A stretch of 64,000 nucleotides of DNA, taken from NCBI GenBank assembly GCA_964619935.1, contig CAZUGO010000014.1, forward strand, positions 51,169-115,168, written 5' to 3'. Source of the DNA: an uncultured Planctomycetales bacterium (GTDB lineage: Bacteria; Planctomycetota; Phycisphaerae; UBA1845; CAIVHJ01). Shown one piece after another: positions 35,449 through 45,502 of this stretch. Position 1 is the first letter of the stretch; the number at the start of each line of letters is the position of its first letter. The notes beneath the pieces were generated by a model that made no database searches, was not told the DNA's origin, and was given only the letters and a program-made list of their open reading frames with translations. The position numbers and the translations under genes are program-made.

Positions 35449-36192
35449 ATGGACGAATTGGCCGCTGAGCGCCGGACAGTTGATGGGCTGCTGAACCTCT
35501 ACAAGCCGGTCGGCATCACTTCGGCCAAGGCCCTCTACCGCGTTCGGGCACTGACCGGCGTGCGCAAGAGCGGGCATGCCGGAACCCTGGATCCGGCCGC
35601 GGACGGCGTGCTGCTCCTAACCCTCGGCAAAGCCACCAAGCGGACCGAACTGCTCATGGCATTGCCCAAGACGTATCGAGCGACGGCCCGGCTGGACGTC
35701 ACCAGCCTGAGTCTGGATGCCGACTCTCCTCTGGAACCCGTGCGGGTCGACGTGATTCCCGGTGCGCCGCAAGTGCAGGCCGCGACCGAGCGGTTTTGCG
35801 GCGTGATCCAGCAACAGCCGCCAGTCATCAGTGCGCTCAAGGTCCAGGGTCAGCCGGCGTACAAGCGGGTGCGCCGCAACCAGGAGGTGATCCTCAAACC
35901 CCGCCCGGTGACCCTCTACCGGACGACCGTGCTGCGCTACGCCTGGCCCGTGGTCGAGTTTGAAGTGGTTTGCGGGCGGGGAACCTATGTGCGAGCCATT
36001 GCCCGCGACCTGGGGGTGTCCCTGGGGACCGGTGGTTGTCTGACCGCCTTGACGCGCACCGCCGTGGGTCCCTTCACGGCCGCACAGGCGGCGCGACTCG
36101 ATGATCTGGAGACCGGGCCCCTCGAGCGCTACTGCATGTCGCTGCCCGCGCTGGACGACCTGCTGCAGCGCAGCGGGCCGCCCGCCGCCTGA
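35449..36192 (+). CDS. truB: tRNA pseudouridine(55) synthase
   Basis: ORF 35386..36192, start trimmed to MDELAAERRTVDGLLNLYKP. GHAGTLDPAADGVLLL carries the catalytic Asp. Confidence 0.9.
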   Translation: MDELAAERRTVDGLLNLYKPVGITSAKALYRVRALTGVRKSGHAGTLDPAADGVLLLTLGKATKRTELLMALPKTYRATARLDVTSLSLDADSPLEPVRVDVIPGAPQVQAATERFCGVIQQQPPVISALKVQGQPAYKRVRRNQEVILKPRPVTLYRTTVLRYAWPVVEFEVVCGRGTYVRAIARDLGVSLGTGGCLTALTRTAVGPFTAAQAARLDDLETGPLERYCMSLPALDDLLQRSGPPAA

Positions 36193-36237
36193 GGGCGGTG
36201 TTTGGTTCTGCTTCCTGATCGCCGTACAATTGCTGAC

Positions 36238-38001
36238 ATGGCGTCGCGATCGTTGGTGGATGGTTTGCTGCTGGTGGCCGCCCAGGCCCACTGCCGGGCG
36301 GTGCTCAACCGCCTGCTTCGGGCGACCCGGCGGGCGACCCGCGTTCAGGAGGAGATCCTCCTGCAGAAAATCCGCCGCAATCAGGACAGTGATTATGGTC
36401 GCGCTCACGGGTTTGAGCAGATCACCGGTTATCGCGACTTCGTCCGACAGGTGCCGCTGCAGACTTACGACGACATGGAGCCCTACATCCAGCGCGTGCG
36501 CCGCGGCGCATTCGGGGCGTTGTTCGGCGGCGGCCAGCGCGTTCGGATGTTCGCCTTGACGTCCGGGTCCGCGGGTCGCCCCAAGCACATTCCGGTAACC
36601 GATGCCTTCCTCAAGGAATTCCGGGCGGGTTGGAATGCCTTCGGCGTCAAGTCCCTGCTCGACCATCCGAACAATTTTCTGAAGCCCATCGTGCAAGTCA
36701 CCTCGCGGATGGACGAAAGCCACAGCGAGGCCGGCATTCCCTGTGGCGCCATCACCGGACTGATGGCCGCCTCGCAGAAGTATCTGGTTCGCAAGTACTA
36801 CGTGACCCCGGTGTGCGTCGCCAACATCAACGACCCGCTGTCGCGATACTATACCATCATGCGCTTGAGCGTGCCGGTTGAGCGGGTGGCGTTCATGGTC
36901 ACGGCCAATCCGGCGACTCCGTTGCGCCTGGCCAAGACCGCGTCCGACCACGCCGTGCCGTTGATCCGCGACATCCATGACGGGACCCTGCGCCCTGATC
37001 TGCCGATTCCGGAGGCGGTTCGCCAGGGGCTGGCCGGCCGGCTGGCACCCAATCCGCAGCGTGCCCGCCAGTTGCAACGGCTCCTGGACGACCGCGGAGC
37101 GCTGCTGCCCAAGGACTACTGGAAGATGGGCTTCATGTGCAATTGGACGGGCGGAACGTTGGGGCTGTTCTTGCGTGACTTTCCGCGCTACTTTGGCGAT
37201 ACCCCGGTCCGCGACATCGGATTGATCGCCAGCGAAGGTCGGATGTCGATTCCCCTGCAGGACGGCACGCCGACCGGCGTGTTGGAGGTGACCAGTAGTT
37301 TCTACGAGTTCATCCCGGCCGACCAGGTTGACCGCTCTGCCCCCGATTGCCTGCGGAGCCACGAGGTCCAGGTCGGGTCGGAATATTTCATCGTGCTGAC
37401 CAACTCGGCTGGGCTGTATCGCTACTGCATTGGTGATCGGGTGCGGGTGGTTGGTTTTGAAGGGCAGGCGCCGCTGATCGAATTCTTGAGCAAGGGCGCG
37501 CACATCAGTTCAATGACCGGGGAGAAGCTCACCGAACACCAGGTCAGCGCCGCGGTCAACCATGCGTTACTCGGCAGCGGGCTCGATGTTGGAAGCTACG
37601 TGTTGGCTCCGCGCTGGGCCGACCCCCCGTTCTACCTGCTGCATCTGGATGGCGCGGCGGGTCTGCCGGCGTTCCGGGCTTCGGGCCTGGCGACAGCCAT
37701 TGACAGGCAGTTGTGTTCCATGAACATCGAGTATGCGTCCAAACGCGACAGCCTGCGCCTCGGACCGCCTCGGATCAACGTGCTGCCCGGCGGTTACCTG
37801 GAAAGCCGCGACCAACGCCTCAGTCGCCGATATCGCGGCAATAATGAGCAATTCAAACATCAGTTTCTCCTGAACTTGCCCGGGCAGGATGGCGAATTCC
37901 CACTGTCGGAGCACTGCGGGCTGGGGGGCTTGACGGCCAGCGGCAAGCCGCCGACCGTTCCCGGCGGCGGCACGACGCGGTCGGTGAGGACGGCCCAATG
38001 A
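36238..38001 (+). CDS. GH3-family acyl-adenylate-forming enzyme
   Basis: ORF 36202..38001, start trimmed to MASRSLVDG. A TACAAT at 36225-36230 lies 7 nt upstream of that ATG. YGRAHGFEQITGYRDFVRQVPLQTYDDMEPYIQRV and FALTSGSAGRPKHIPVT fit the GH3 family. Confidence 0.8.
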   Translation: MASRSLVDGLLLVAAQAHCRAVLNRLLRATRRATRVQEEILLQKIRRNQDSDYGRAHGFEQITGYRDFVRQVPLQTYDDMEPYIQRVRRGAFGALFGGGQRVRMFALTSGSAGRPKHIPVTDAFLKEFRAGWNAFGVKSLLDHPNNFLKPIVQVTSRMDESHSEAGIPCGAITGLMAASQKYLVRKYYVTPVCVANINDPLSRYYTIMRLSVPVERVAFMVTANPATPLRLAKTASDHAVPLIRDIHDGTLRPDLPIPEAVRQGLAGRLAPNPQRARQLQRLLDDRGALLPKDYWKMGFMCNWTGGTLGLFLRDFPRYFGDTPVRDIGLIASEGRMSIPLQDGTPTGVLEVTSSFYEFIPADQVDRSAPDCLRSHEVQVGSEYFIVLTNSAGLYRYCIGDRVRVVGFEGQAPLIEFLSKGAHISSMTGEKLTEHQVSAAVNHALLGSGLDVGSYVLAPRWADPPFYLLHLDGAAGLPAFRASGLATAIDRQLCSMNIEYASKRDSLRLGPPRINVLPGGYLESRDQRLSRRYRGNNEQFKHQFLLNLPGQDGEFPLSEHCGLGGLTASGKPPTVPGGGTTRSVRTAQ

Positions 38002-38696
38002 CTGATCCAGTCGCCATCGTCACCGGCGCCAGCCGAGGCATCGGGCAGCACATCGCCCGGACACTGGCCGCCCGCGGTGCCCAGGTGGTGGCGGCTGCGC
38101 GCGATAATCAAGGGCTGACCGACACGTGTACACGCATCGAGCGGGCCGGAGGCTGTTGTCGCTCAGTTACCGTCGACGTCAGCACCTACGCCGGGGCCTG
38201 CCGGGCGGTGCAAGGTGCCGTCGCAGCGTTCGGGCGGGTGGACGTACTGGTCAACAACGCCGGGTGCGCGCCGCTTTATCGAATGGAAGATTATGATGTG
38301 GCCGCCTTTGACCGGATGATGGCGGTAAACTGCCACGCAGTGTTCTACCTGACCCGCGCGGTGTGGCCGTTGTTTCAGAAACAGGGCGGCGGGCGAATCG
38401 TCAACATTTCTTCGATGGCAGCCACGGACCCATTCCCGGGCTTTCAGGCCTACGGGGCCGCGAAGGCCTGGGTCAATCTGTTCACTCGTGCGTTGGCGGA
38501 CGAAGGGCGCGAGCACGGCATCTCGGTTTTCGGAGTGGCTCCCGGTGCTGTGGATACGACCATGCTGCGACAGCACTTTCCCGATTTCCCAACCGAGCAG
38601 TGCCTGTCTCCCGAACAGGTGGCCGATGCAGTGGCCTGGATCCTGGAGCCGGCGGCGGGCATCGCCAGCGGCTCGGTGGTCTGCGTTCGCCGGTAG
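37998..38696 (+). CDS. short-chain dehydrogenase/reductase
   Basis: Overlaps the GH3 stop by 4 nt. AIVTGASRGIG, NNAG and YGAAKAW (YxxxK). Confidence 0.88.
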   Translation: MTDPVAIVTGASRGIGQHIARTLAARGAQVVAAARDNQGLTDTCTRIERAGGCCRSVTVDVSTYAGACRAVQGAVAAFGRVDVLVNNAGCAPLYRMEDYDVAAFDRMMAVNCHAVFYLTRAVWPLFQKQGGGRIVNISSMAATDPFPGFQAYGAAKAWVNLFTRALADEGREHGISVFGVAPGAVDTTMLRQHFPDFPTEQCLSPEQVADAVAWILEPAAGIASGSVVCVRR

Positions 38697-38885
38697 CGGG
38701 CCCCCGGGGAGTCTCCCATCGACGGCAGCCCATTGGTACCCAACAGCTTGATGCGCGATCGTTGACCGCTGCGGTCGCCGGGTTGACAATGGACCTCGTT
38801 GCAGGGGCCCCAGGGCGCCTCAACGACCCATCTGTGGTGGGCCAACTGGAATGACGGACTTCACCGGTATTCAGGAGGTGGCATC

Positions 38886-39503
38886 ATGTATTACAGGATG
38901 AGCGCGCTGGTGGGGCTGACGGCAATCGCGGGGACGCTGTTGCCGGCCGCGGCCTCCTGGGCGGGCGGGGACACCGGCGCAGCCCCGAGGCTCAGCGCCG
39001 GATCGCAAGGGTCAACCTATGAGCTTCAGGCCGATAGCTTGCGGGTGGTCGGGTGCACGGGTGAGGGCGATGGCCCGCAGTGTGCCTGTCCGATCCTGGC
39101 TCAGCCGGTGGTCGGGACTTTTGGTCTGGAACTTGTGTCGGCGAGTGATGGCATCCTGGAGTATGCCGTGGTCGATGTCGAATGGAATCTTGCTTCCTTC
39201 GCGGAAGACGGGCCGCCGATTCCGCTCCCGGATTCGGAGATCACCGGACAGGGCTCGTACTTCATTGAGGGCCAGCAACACCGCATGATTCTGAACCTGG
39301 AGGTCCTGGGCGAGCCGGCGACGTTTGACAGTGGGCTGGTGGACGGGGCCGATCTTCCGAATATCACCATTACGGTGTCGCTAAACCAGTTCTCCAACTG
39401 TTGGGACGAATTGTTTGCCATTATCGCCGAGGTGCCACCGCAGCCCATCAGCAGGCCGCAGCAGCTTTCCGACAGTCCCGCGAAGGCCCTGCTGACGGAA
39501 TGA
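38886..39503 (+). CDS. hypothetical secreted protein
   Basis: Internal ATG of ORF 38799..39503. Signal peptide MYYRMSALVGLTAIAGTLLPAAASWA. I recognise no family. Confidence 0.5.
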   Translation: MYYRMSALVGLTAIAGTLLPAAASWAGGDTGAAPRLSAGSQGSTYELQADSLRVVGCTGEGDGPQCACPILAQPVVGTFGLELVSASDGILEYAVVDVEWNLASFAEDGPPIPLPDSEITGQGSYFIEGQQHRMILNLEVLGEPATFDSGLVDGADLPNITITVSLNQFSNCWDELFAIIAEVPPQPISRPQQLSDSPAKALLTE

Positions 39504-39558
39504 GGAGCCGCCACCCCCCAGCGGATTGCCCTGTGGGCCCTCTATAGGTCGGGCGCGC

Positions 39559-40311
39559 TTATTGCCTGCAGACGTCGGTTTGCACCCGACCATCACGCAT
39601 GGTCAGGGTCCGATGACAGCGTGCGGCGACGTCGGCTTCGTGGGTGACCATGATGATGGTCTTGCCGGCTTGGTGAAGCCGATCGAAGATGTCCAGAATG
39701 ATCTCACCGGTGGTGGTGTCCAGGTTTCCGGTGGGTTCGTCCGCCAGCACGATCAGGGGATCGTTGATCAATGATCGGGCGATGGCGGCGCGTTGCTGCT
39801 GGCCGCCCGAGAGTTCGTTCGGCCGATGATCCCCCCGATCGGCGAGTCCGACCAGGTCGATCATTTCCATGGCCTTGGCGAGCCGGTCTTTGCCGGCCAC
39901 TCCCTGATAGAACAGCGGTACGGCGACGTTCTCCAGCACCGATAACTGGGCGATCAGGTTGAAGCTTTGGAACACAAACCCGATGTGCTGGCCGCGAATG
40001 GTGGACAGCTCATCGTCGGACAATTGCGAAATGTCTTGGCCGCCAAGCAGGTATCGACCGGTGGTGGGTCGGTCCAGGCACCCCAGGATGTTCAGCATGG
40101 TGCTCTTGCCCGATCCGCTGGCACCGCAGATGGCCACGTATTCTCCGCTCTCGAAGGTCAGGTCCACGTCGCACAGCGCTTGCACCTGAATGGTGCTACC
40201 CGGCTTGCTGTAGATCTTGCTCAGGCTGGAGAGCTGAACGACGGCATCGCCGCGGGCCGTGTCGGCAAGCGAGGTGGAGACACTCTGAAGATGCGTGGAG
40301 GGTTCGCCCAT
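39559..40311 (-). CDS. ABC transporter ATP-binding protein (MacB/LolD-type, stand-alone ATPase)
   Basis: ORF 39559..40491, start trimmed to MGEPSTHLQ. Walker [10 protein letters not shown], signature LSGGQQQR and Walker [13 protein letters not shown]. Confidence 0.9.
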   Translation of the reverse strand: MGEPSTHLQSVSTSLADTARGDAVVQLSSLSKIYSKPGSTIQVQALCDVDLTFESGEYVAICGASGSGKSTMLNILGCLDRPTTGRYLLGGQDISQLSDDELSTIRGQHIGFVFQSFNLIAQLSVLENVAVPLFYQGVAGKDRLAKAMEMIDLVGLADRGDHRPNELSGGQQQRAAIARSLINDPLIVLADEPTGNLDTTTGEIILDIFDRLHQAGKTIIMVTHEADVAARCHRTLTMRDGRVQTDVCRQ

Positions 40312-40348
40312 GGGGGGTCCGCGGCCTTTGCCGGCGGCGGTTCCAGAT

Positions 40349-41914
40349 CTAACCTCGGTTGGCCCGGGGGCGCTGCCCGCCGCGACGTTGCCCCCGGCTG
40401 CCTTCGGGGCGGGCTGACGGGCGCGGGGCCCCTTCGGACTCGGCCAGGCTTGCAGGTTGCTGGGCTGCGGGCAGCTTGTGCTTGAGTGCATCGGGGACTG
40501 CGAGCATGACGGTCTGACCGGCGGACAGCCCGGACTTGATTTCGACGAACTCGGTGCTGGCCAGTCCCAGTTCCACTGTCACCGGCTCGGGTTCGCCGCC
40601 GTCCACAAACACGTAGCTCTGGGCGCCCTTGGAGAACACCGATTGCACGGGCACCGCCAACACGTCGGCCAGTTCGTCGACCAGGATCTCCACACGGGCG
40701 GTGACCCCGGGCTTGAGCAACTCGTCCTCTTCGTTGAGGGTGATTTCGGTCTCATACTCTTTCAGTTCGGGGTTCAGCCAGCGGTTTTGTGAGTCGGCCA
40801 GCACCGCGATCTTGCTGATCTTGCCGGTGTAGGTGCGGTGCTTGATGCCTTCGACTTCGATGGTGGCCGGTTGGCCGATCTTGATCTTGTCGGTCTGGGC
40901 TTCGTGAATTCGCAGCACCACCTTCATTTTGGTTGTGTCCGGCAGGCGCATGATGGTCTGCCGTTCAAAGACCTCGACGCCTTCCTTGATCGGCTCGTCG
41001 TTTCCCCAACGGCGGTTGCTGTCACCGCCGTAAACCACCAAGCCGTCGGCCGGGGCCCGGATCTTGGTCTTGGCCATTTGCTCCTCGAGCTTGGTGAGCC
41101 GCTGCTGCTTAAGGTCTAGTTCGGACCGGCGGGCCTGCACCGCGGCTTCTTTCTCGCGTTGCTTGTTGTCGGCTTCCTGCTCGACGCGTTGCAGCTCCTT
41201 TTCGGCTTCGTCCACGTCGGATTCCTTCTGCTGCTTGTCGATGACGCGGGTGTACGTCTCCAGGGATTCTTGATCGCGCCGAGCCTTCGCAACGTTGACA
41301 TCGGCCTTGTACAGGTTGAACTCATTCTCGTCGTATTCGGTTCGGGTGATGAACTTCTTCTCCAGCAGCACCTTGGCGTTCTCAAAGTTGGTCTTCTCGC
41401 GCTCGTACACCATGACCGCTTCGTCCAGCCGGAGCTTGGCGTCTTCCTGCTGCTGCTTCCACTCGCCCTTCTCGTAGCGCTCCAGCTCGAGCTTCTTGAG
41501 TTCCAGATTGAGCGACGCTTTGCGGACATCGCTGGCGTTCTGCGCTTTCAGGATTTCCAACTGGCGCTCCGCGGACTCCAGTGCGGACTGAGCGCTGGCC
41601 ACCTCGATCTTGTGGGATTGCAGTCGTTCATCGATCTCCTCGCTGGCCAATTCCACGAGCAGGTCGCCCTGCTTCACGCTGCTGCCTTCGGGTACCAGTG
41701 AAATGATCGTGGACCGTCCTTCCACCTCCGAATTGATGGTGATCGACTTGGCGGCCTCCAACTCGCCTTTTTCCTGGAGGGTCACCTGGAACGTTCTCCG
41801 CCTGACCTCAAAGTTGGTGGTGGTGGGGCCATCGCCGACGCCGGAGGACGACAGGCTCCACCAGGTGGCCAGCGCGGCCAGTGGCAGGGCTACGATAAGT
41901 ATCAACAGCCGCAT
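40349..41914 (-). CDS. HlyD/MacA-family periplasmic adaptor (membrane fusion protein)
   Basis: 521 aa with a signal anchor, a long heptad coiled-coil middle, and beta-barrel/MP-domain-like ends. Sits between the TolC-like gene and the ATPase. Confidence 0.8.
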   Translation of the reverse strand: MRLLILIVALPLAALATWWSLSSSGVGDGPTTTNFEVRRRTFQVTLQEKGELEAAKSITINSEVEGRSTIISLVPEGSSVKQGDLLVELASEEIDERLQSHKIEVASAQSALESAERQLEILKAQNASDVRKASLNLELKKLELERYEKGEWKQQQEDAKLRLDEAVMVYEREKTNFENAKVLLEKKFITRTEYDENEFNLYKADVNVAKARRDQESLETYTRVIDKQQKESDVDEAEKELQRVEQEADNKQREKEAAVQARRSELDLKQQRLTKLEEQMAKTKIRAPADGLVVYGGDSNRRWGNDEPIKEGVEVFERQTIMRLPDTTKMKVVLRIHEAQTDKIKIGQPATIEVEGIKHRTYTGKISKIAVLADSQNRWLNPELKEYETEITLNEEDELLKPGVTARVEILVDELADVLAVPVQSVFSKGAQSYVFVDGGEPEPVTVELGLASTEFVEIKSGLSAGQTVMLAVPDALKHKLPAAQQPASLAESEGAPRPSARPEGSRGQRRGGQRPRANRG

Positions 41915-42060
41915 GGTTCATGTCCTCGCTGGCGGTGGCGCGCCGAATCGCGGTGCTGCAGTTCCAGTCCCGATCGACTCCCATGGATATTGTAGCCGGA
42001 TTCTCCGCCGGGGGCGACGAACTTGATCATCGGCCGCCGGGTGTTCCCAGTCATGGAGGA

Positions 42061-43836
42061 TTACTCGATCCAGTTCCCCTCGGCGTCAATGCGCAGGGTG
42101 CCGGTGTTCAGCCGAAACACCAGGATCGCCTCGCGCAACTCGGCCTGGGCCTGGGCATAGTCGTCGCGGGCATTGCGGAGATCATTCTGGGCTTCCACAA
42201 AGTCACGGTTCGAGATTAGGCCCTGCCGGAATTTGATCTCCGCCGACTCCCGCCGGATCTCGTTGCTCTCGATGTTCTGCTCCTGAATCCGCAGGCTGAA
42301 GCGCGCCTGTTCGATTCGCCGTTGGGCCCGCCGGACCTCCAGGCGGACCAGATCGACCTCCAGATCGTAGCGTCGCTGGGCCCGCTGCAGGCCGATGAGC
42401 GAGGAGCGGTAGGCGTTGCGCTCCGCTTTGCGATCCAGCGGAATTTCCAGATCGATCCCGGCCGTCCAGGTCTCGCGGTCCTCACGAAAATCCGCCGAGC
42501 TGAGGTGGTCGGGGTTGGTGTCGTAACGAACCTCGCCGCTGAAGTCCAGGTCGGGGAGCAGGTTGTTGCGGGCGATCTGGACGTTGCGCTTGGCATCGTC
42601 GACCGAGTCCAGAACGTTCAGCAGGTCCAACCGTGTCCTGACGGCCGTATCGATGGCCGTGACCTCATCGACCTGTAGCTGCATGAGGTCCAGACCCTCG
42701 TCGACCACATCGATTTGCTGGATGGTCGGCATTCCGATCAGAATCTTGAATTCGTCCAGCGCCGTGCCGTAGCTCTCGCGTGCCAACACCACGCGGTTGG
42801 CGGCCTGGAGGTAGTCGACCTGAGCCCGGTCGGCGTCGAGCATGATGAGCCGGTCGGCATCGGCGAGCGCCCGTGACCGACGCCAGTTCTCCAGGGAGCT
42901 CTCGCGGTTGGCCAGGGCGTTGCGGATGTTGCTCTTGAGATTCAACAGGTTGAAGTACCGGCTGGCGACCGCAGTGACGAAGGTTCGGCGAAACCGTTCG
43001 AACTGGCGGACGGCGTAAATCAAGTTGCGCTCGGACTGGTAGCGGGATTCGTACGCCACCCGTCCCGCGCCTCGGAGCAGCGGGATGTCCGCCTCGAGGA
43101 TCGCCGTTCCTGACTCAGAGTTGGTGACGTGATTCTCCAGGTCGCGGATCATGGTTCCGATCCACTGGGCCACAACCGTGCCGCCGTATGGCAGTCGCTG
43201 TTCGACGGCCACGTTCGCGGTGGCGGCCATGGCCCGGTCGGGATCGGAGTCCTTTGGAAACTCGGTGTAGGTGGCCTGCAGGTTGGACATGAATCGCGGC
43301 GTCCACAAAAAGCGCTCCAGCGACAACGCCAGGCCCTGAAGATAGAGATCCTCCTTGGCGTCCTGGTACTCGCGGGCATTGTGGAAGGCGTAGCCCAACA
43401 CCCGGGTCAAAGGCCAGGGCTCGCCTTCCGGTCCCGCCAGCGGCTCATCCAGGGCCTCGGCGGCCATCGGGCCGGCGGCGTCGTCCACCATCAGGGGGGG
43501 CCCCGCGGCGCCGTCCTCGGCTGGCGGCTCCGCGGCTTTGCGGAAGGCTTCGGGAACTTCCATGTCGGTGGGGTGGGGGACGAAGGAATACGGATCGGTC
43601 CGGTTGGCGACCGGCTGTTGGCTGAGCCGCACTTCGCTGGTCTGCCCGAGTGCCGCCATTTGACGCTGCTCGATCAGCCGGTAGACTTCACGGTCGGCCC
43701 GGGTCTCAAAACAGCCGACGGCCGCGGTCAGCACGGCGACGAAAAGCGTCAGCGTGCGGGTCGCCGAGCGGCGGTCTGGGTCTGCCGCGGTGCGTTGGGG
43801 TGGAAACATAACCCTCTGGCGTGTGGTACGGTTCAC
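42061..43836 (-). CDS. TolC-family outer-membrane efflux protein
   Basis: 591 aa with a duplicated alpha-helical/beta-barrel repeat pattern typical of OEP family proteins. First gene of the efflux cluster. Confidence 0.75.
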   Translation of the reverse strand: MNRTTRQRVMFPPQRTAADPDRRSATRTLTLFVAVLTAAVGCFETRADREVYRLIEQRQMAALGQTSEVRLSQQPVANRTDPYSFVPHPTDMEVPEAFRKAAEPPAEDGAAGPPLMVDDAAGPMAAEALDEPLAGPEGEPWPLTRVLGYAFHNAREYQDAKEDLYLQGLALSLERFLWTPRFMSNLQATYTEFPKDSDPDRAMAATANVAVEQRLPYGGTVVAQWIGTMIRDLENHVTNSESGTAILEADIPLLRGAGRVAYESRYQSERNLIYAVRQFERFRRTFVTAVASRYFNLLNLKSNIRNALANRESSLENWRRSRALADADRLIMLDADRAQVDYLQAANRVVLARESYGTALDEFKILIGMPTIQQIDVVDEGLDLMQLQVDEVTAIDTAVRTRLDLLNVLDSVDDAKRNVQIARNNLLPDLDFSGEVRYDTNPDHLSSADFREDRETWTAGIDLEIPLDRKAERNAYRSSLIGLQRAQRRYDLEVDLVRLEVRRAQRRIEQARFSLRIQEQNIESNEIRRESAEIKFRQGLISNRDFVEAQNDLRNARDDYAQAQAELREAILVFRLNTGTLRIDAEGNWIE

Positions 43837-43851
43837 AATTCGCTCCGAGCC

Positions 43852-44631
43852 ATGTTATCTCATTTGACGCCCATCATCGAGCGGCTGGCAGCGGATATTC
43901 GGGACGCCCGGCGGTTTTGCTGCCTGACCGGAGCAGGCGTGTCCGCCGAAAGCGGCGTCCCGACCTTTCGGGGGGCAGGCGGGCTTTGGGACGGCCAGCG
44001 CCTGGAGGAGGTCGCCACCCCGGAGGCATTTGCCCGTGATCCGGCAACGGTCTGGGCGTTCTACCACCAACGGCGGGTGGCGCTCAGGCGATGTTCGCCG
44101 AATCCGGGACACCGGGCCCTCGCTGAACTGGAACGAAGACGACCGGAGACGGTCCTAGTTACCCAGAACATTGACGGCCTGCATCAGCGCGCAGGGAGCC
44201 AGCGCGTCGTCGAACTACACGGGAATATATGGACGGTTCGGTGCACGCAGTGCGCCCAGGAATCTACCGTCACCGACGCGGATTTCGAGGGCGTCCCGTC
44301 GTGCCCCGCCTGCGGCGGCTTGCAGCGGCCGGCTGTGGTGTGGTTCGGCGAGCCGCTCCCGCTGCAGGCCTTCCAGCGGGCCGAACAGGCCGCCCGGGGG
44401 TGCGAGGTGCTGTTGCTCATCGGCACCAGCGCCAAGGTCCACCCGGCCGCCAGGCTCCCCATGGTCGCCCGCCTCCACGGGGCCCGGCTAGTCGAAATCA
44501 ACCCGGCGGCTACCCCCCTGTCAGCGATGGCTGACGTCTGCCTCCCCGGGCCCGCCGGGGTGATCCTCCCGCGCTTGGTCAGCCGCCTGACGGGCTCCCG
44601 GACGCCGGATCCGCGCATCGATTTGCAGTAA
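43852..44631 (+). CDS. cobB: NAD-dependent protein deacylase (Sir2/CobB)
   Basis: Internal ATG of ORF 43129..44631. GAGVSAESGVPTFRG, QNIDGLHQRAG and the zinc ribbon CTQC...CPACGG. Confidence 0.9.
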   Translation: MLSHLTPIIERLAADIRDARRFCCLTGAGVSAESGVPTFRGAGGLWDGQRLEEVATPEAFARDPATVWAFYHQRRVALRRCSPNPGHRALAELERRRPETVLVTQNIDGLHQRAGSQRVVELHGNIWTVRCTQCAQESTVTDADFEGVPSCPACGGLQRPAVVWFGEPLPLQAFQRAEQAARGCEVLLLIGTSAKVHPAARLPMVARLHGARLVEINPAATPLSAMADVCLPGPAGVILPRLVSRLTGSRTPDPRIDLQ

Positions 44632-44727
44632 ATTCGCCGATCGGGGCCGATCATCGCTAGAATGTGCGGTTCCGCATCCATGGTGGATGCCCGGCAGTCT
44701 TGTGCACATTTTGAAGGAGTTGACCTG

Positions 44728-45342
44728 ATGAGCCTGTTCTGCAAACCGGCCGTACTGGCCCTGGGCAGTTGCCTCGTGATCACCGCGTCGCTGGTGGCTG
44801 CCCCCAAGATCGGCGACGAGGCCCCGGCCTTCAGCCTGGCCGACACCCACGGCAAAACCTACAACTTGGTGGATGTGCTGAAGGACGACAACGTGAAAGC
44901 GGTCGTCCTGGAATGGTTTAACCACGACTGCCCGGTGTGTGCCCGGCATGCCCAAGAGAAGTCCATGATCAGCCTGGTCAACGACTACCAGGCCAAGGGC
45001 GTGGTCTTCCTGGGGATCGACAGCACCAGTTGGCACGAGGGCAAGACTTCGGAATTGAACACCATCATCGGGAAGTGGGAAGTGAACTATCCCATTCTGA
45101 CCGATTTCGACGGGAAGATCGGGCATCAATATGGAGCCAAGACCACTCCGCACCTGTTTATCATCAACAAGCAAGGGCAATTGGCCTACGACGGTGCCAT
45201 TGATGATGACAAACCGGGCAGCAAGCCCGCTGCCGAGCGGACCCACTTCGTGCGCGAGGCGCTCGATCAACTGTTGTCCGGTGAGACCATCGCCCGCTCG
45301 AAGACCCAGCCCTACGGTTGTTCGGTGAAGTACAAGAAGTAG
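44728..45342 (+). CDS. exported thiol-disulfide oxidoreductase (redoxin/TlpA-like)
   Basis: RBS GAAGGAG 8 nt upstream of the ATG at 44728. Signal peptide present. [12 protein letters not shown] is the CxxC motif. Confidence 0.85.
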   Translation: MSLFCKPAVLALGSCLVITASLVAAPKIGDEAPAFSLADTHGKTYNLVDVLKDDNVKAVVLEWFNHDCPVCARHAQEKSMISLVNDYQAKGVVFLGIDSTSWHEGKTSELNTIIGKWEVNYPILTDFDGKIGHQYGAKTTPHLFIINKQGQLAYDGAIDDDKPGSKPAAERTHFVREALDQLLSGETIARSKTQPYGCSVKYKK

Positions 45343-45384
45343 TGCCCGAAGTTCGCCCACCTGCATGACGGTGACCGACGTTTC

Positions 45385-45421
45385 GGCAACGGGCCCGCAA
45401 CCGGGGTCCGTTGCCGTTTTC
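45385..45421 (+). terminator. Rho-independent terminator
   Basis: GGCAACGG (45385-45392) pairs with CCGTTGCC (45408-45415), followed by GTTTTCGG. It lies 43 nt after the redoxin stop. Confidence 0.5.
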
Positions 45422-45502
45422 GGAGGCCTCTTGCTTGTCAGGCACGGGTCCGGCGGCTACACTTCCTCCCGATACACTCGCTGCGCTCCAGATTAACGAG
45501 TC

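Noticed and set aside
35617-37503. 628-aa minus-strand ORF
   Set aside because: It is antisense to truB and the GH3 gene, both of which have clear family motifs. It is a shadow ORF.
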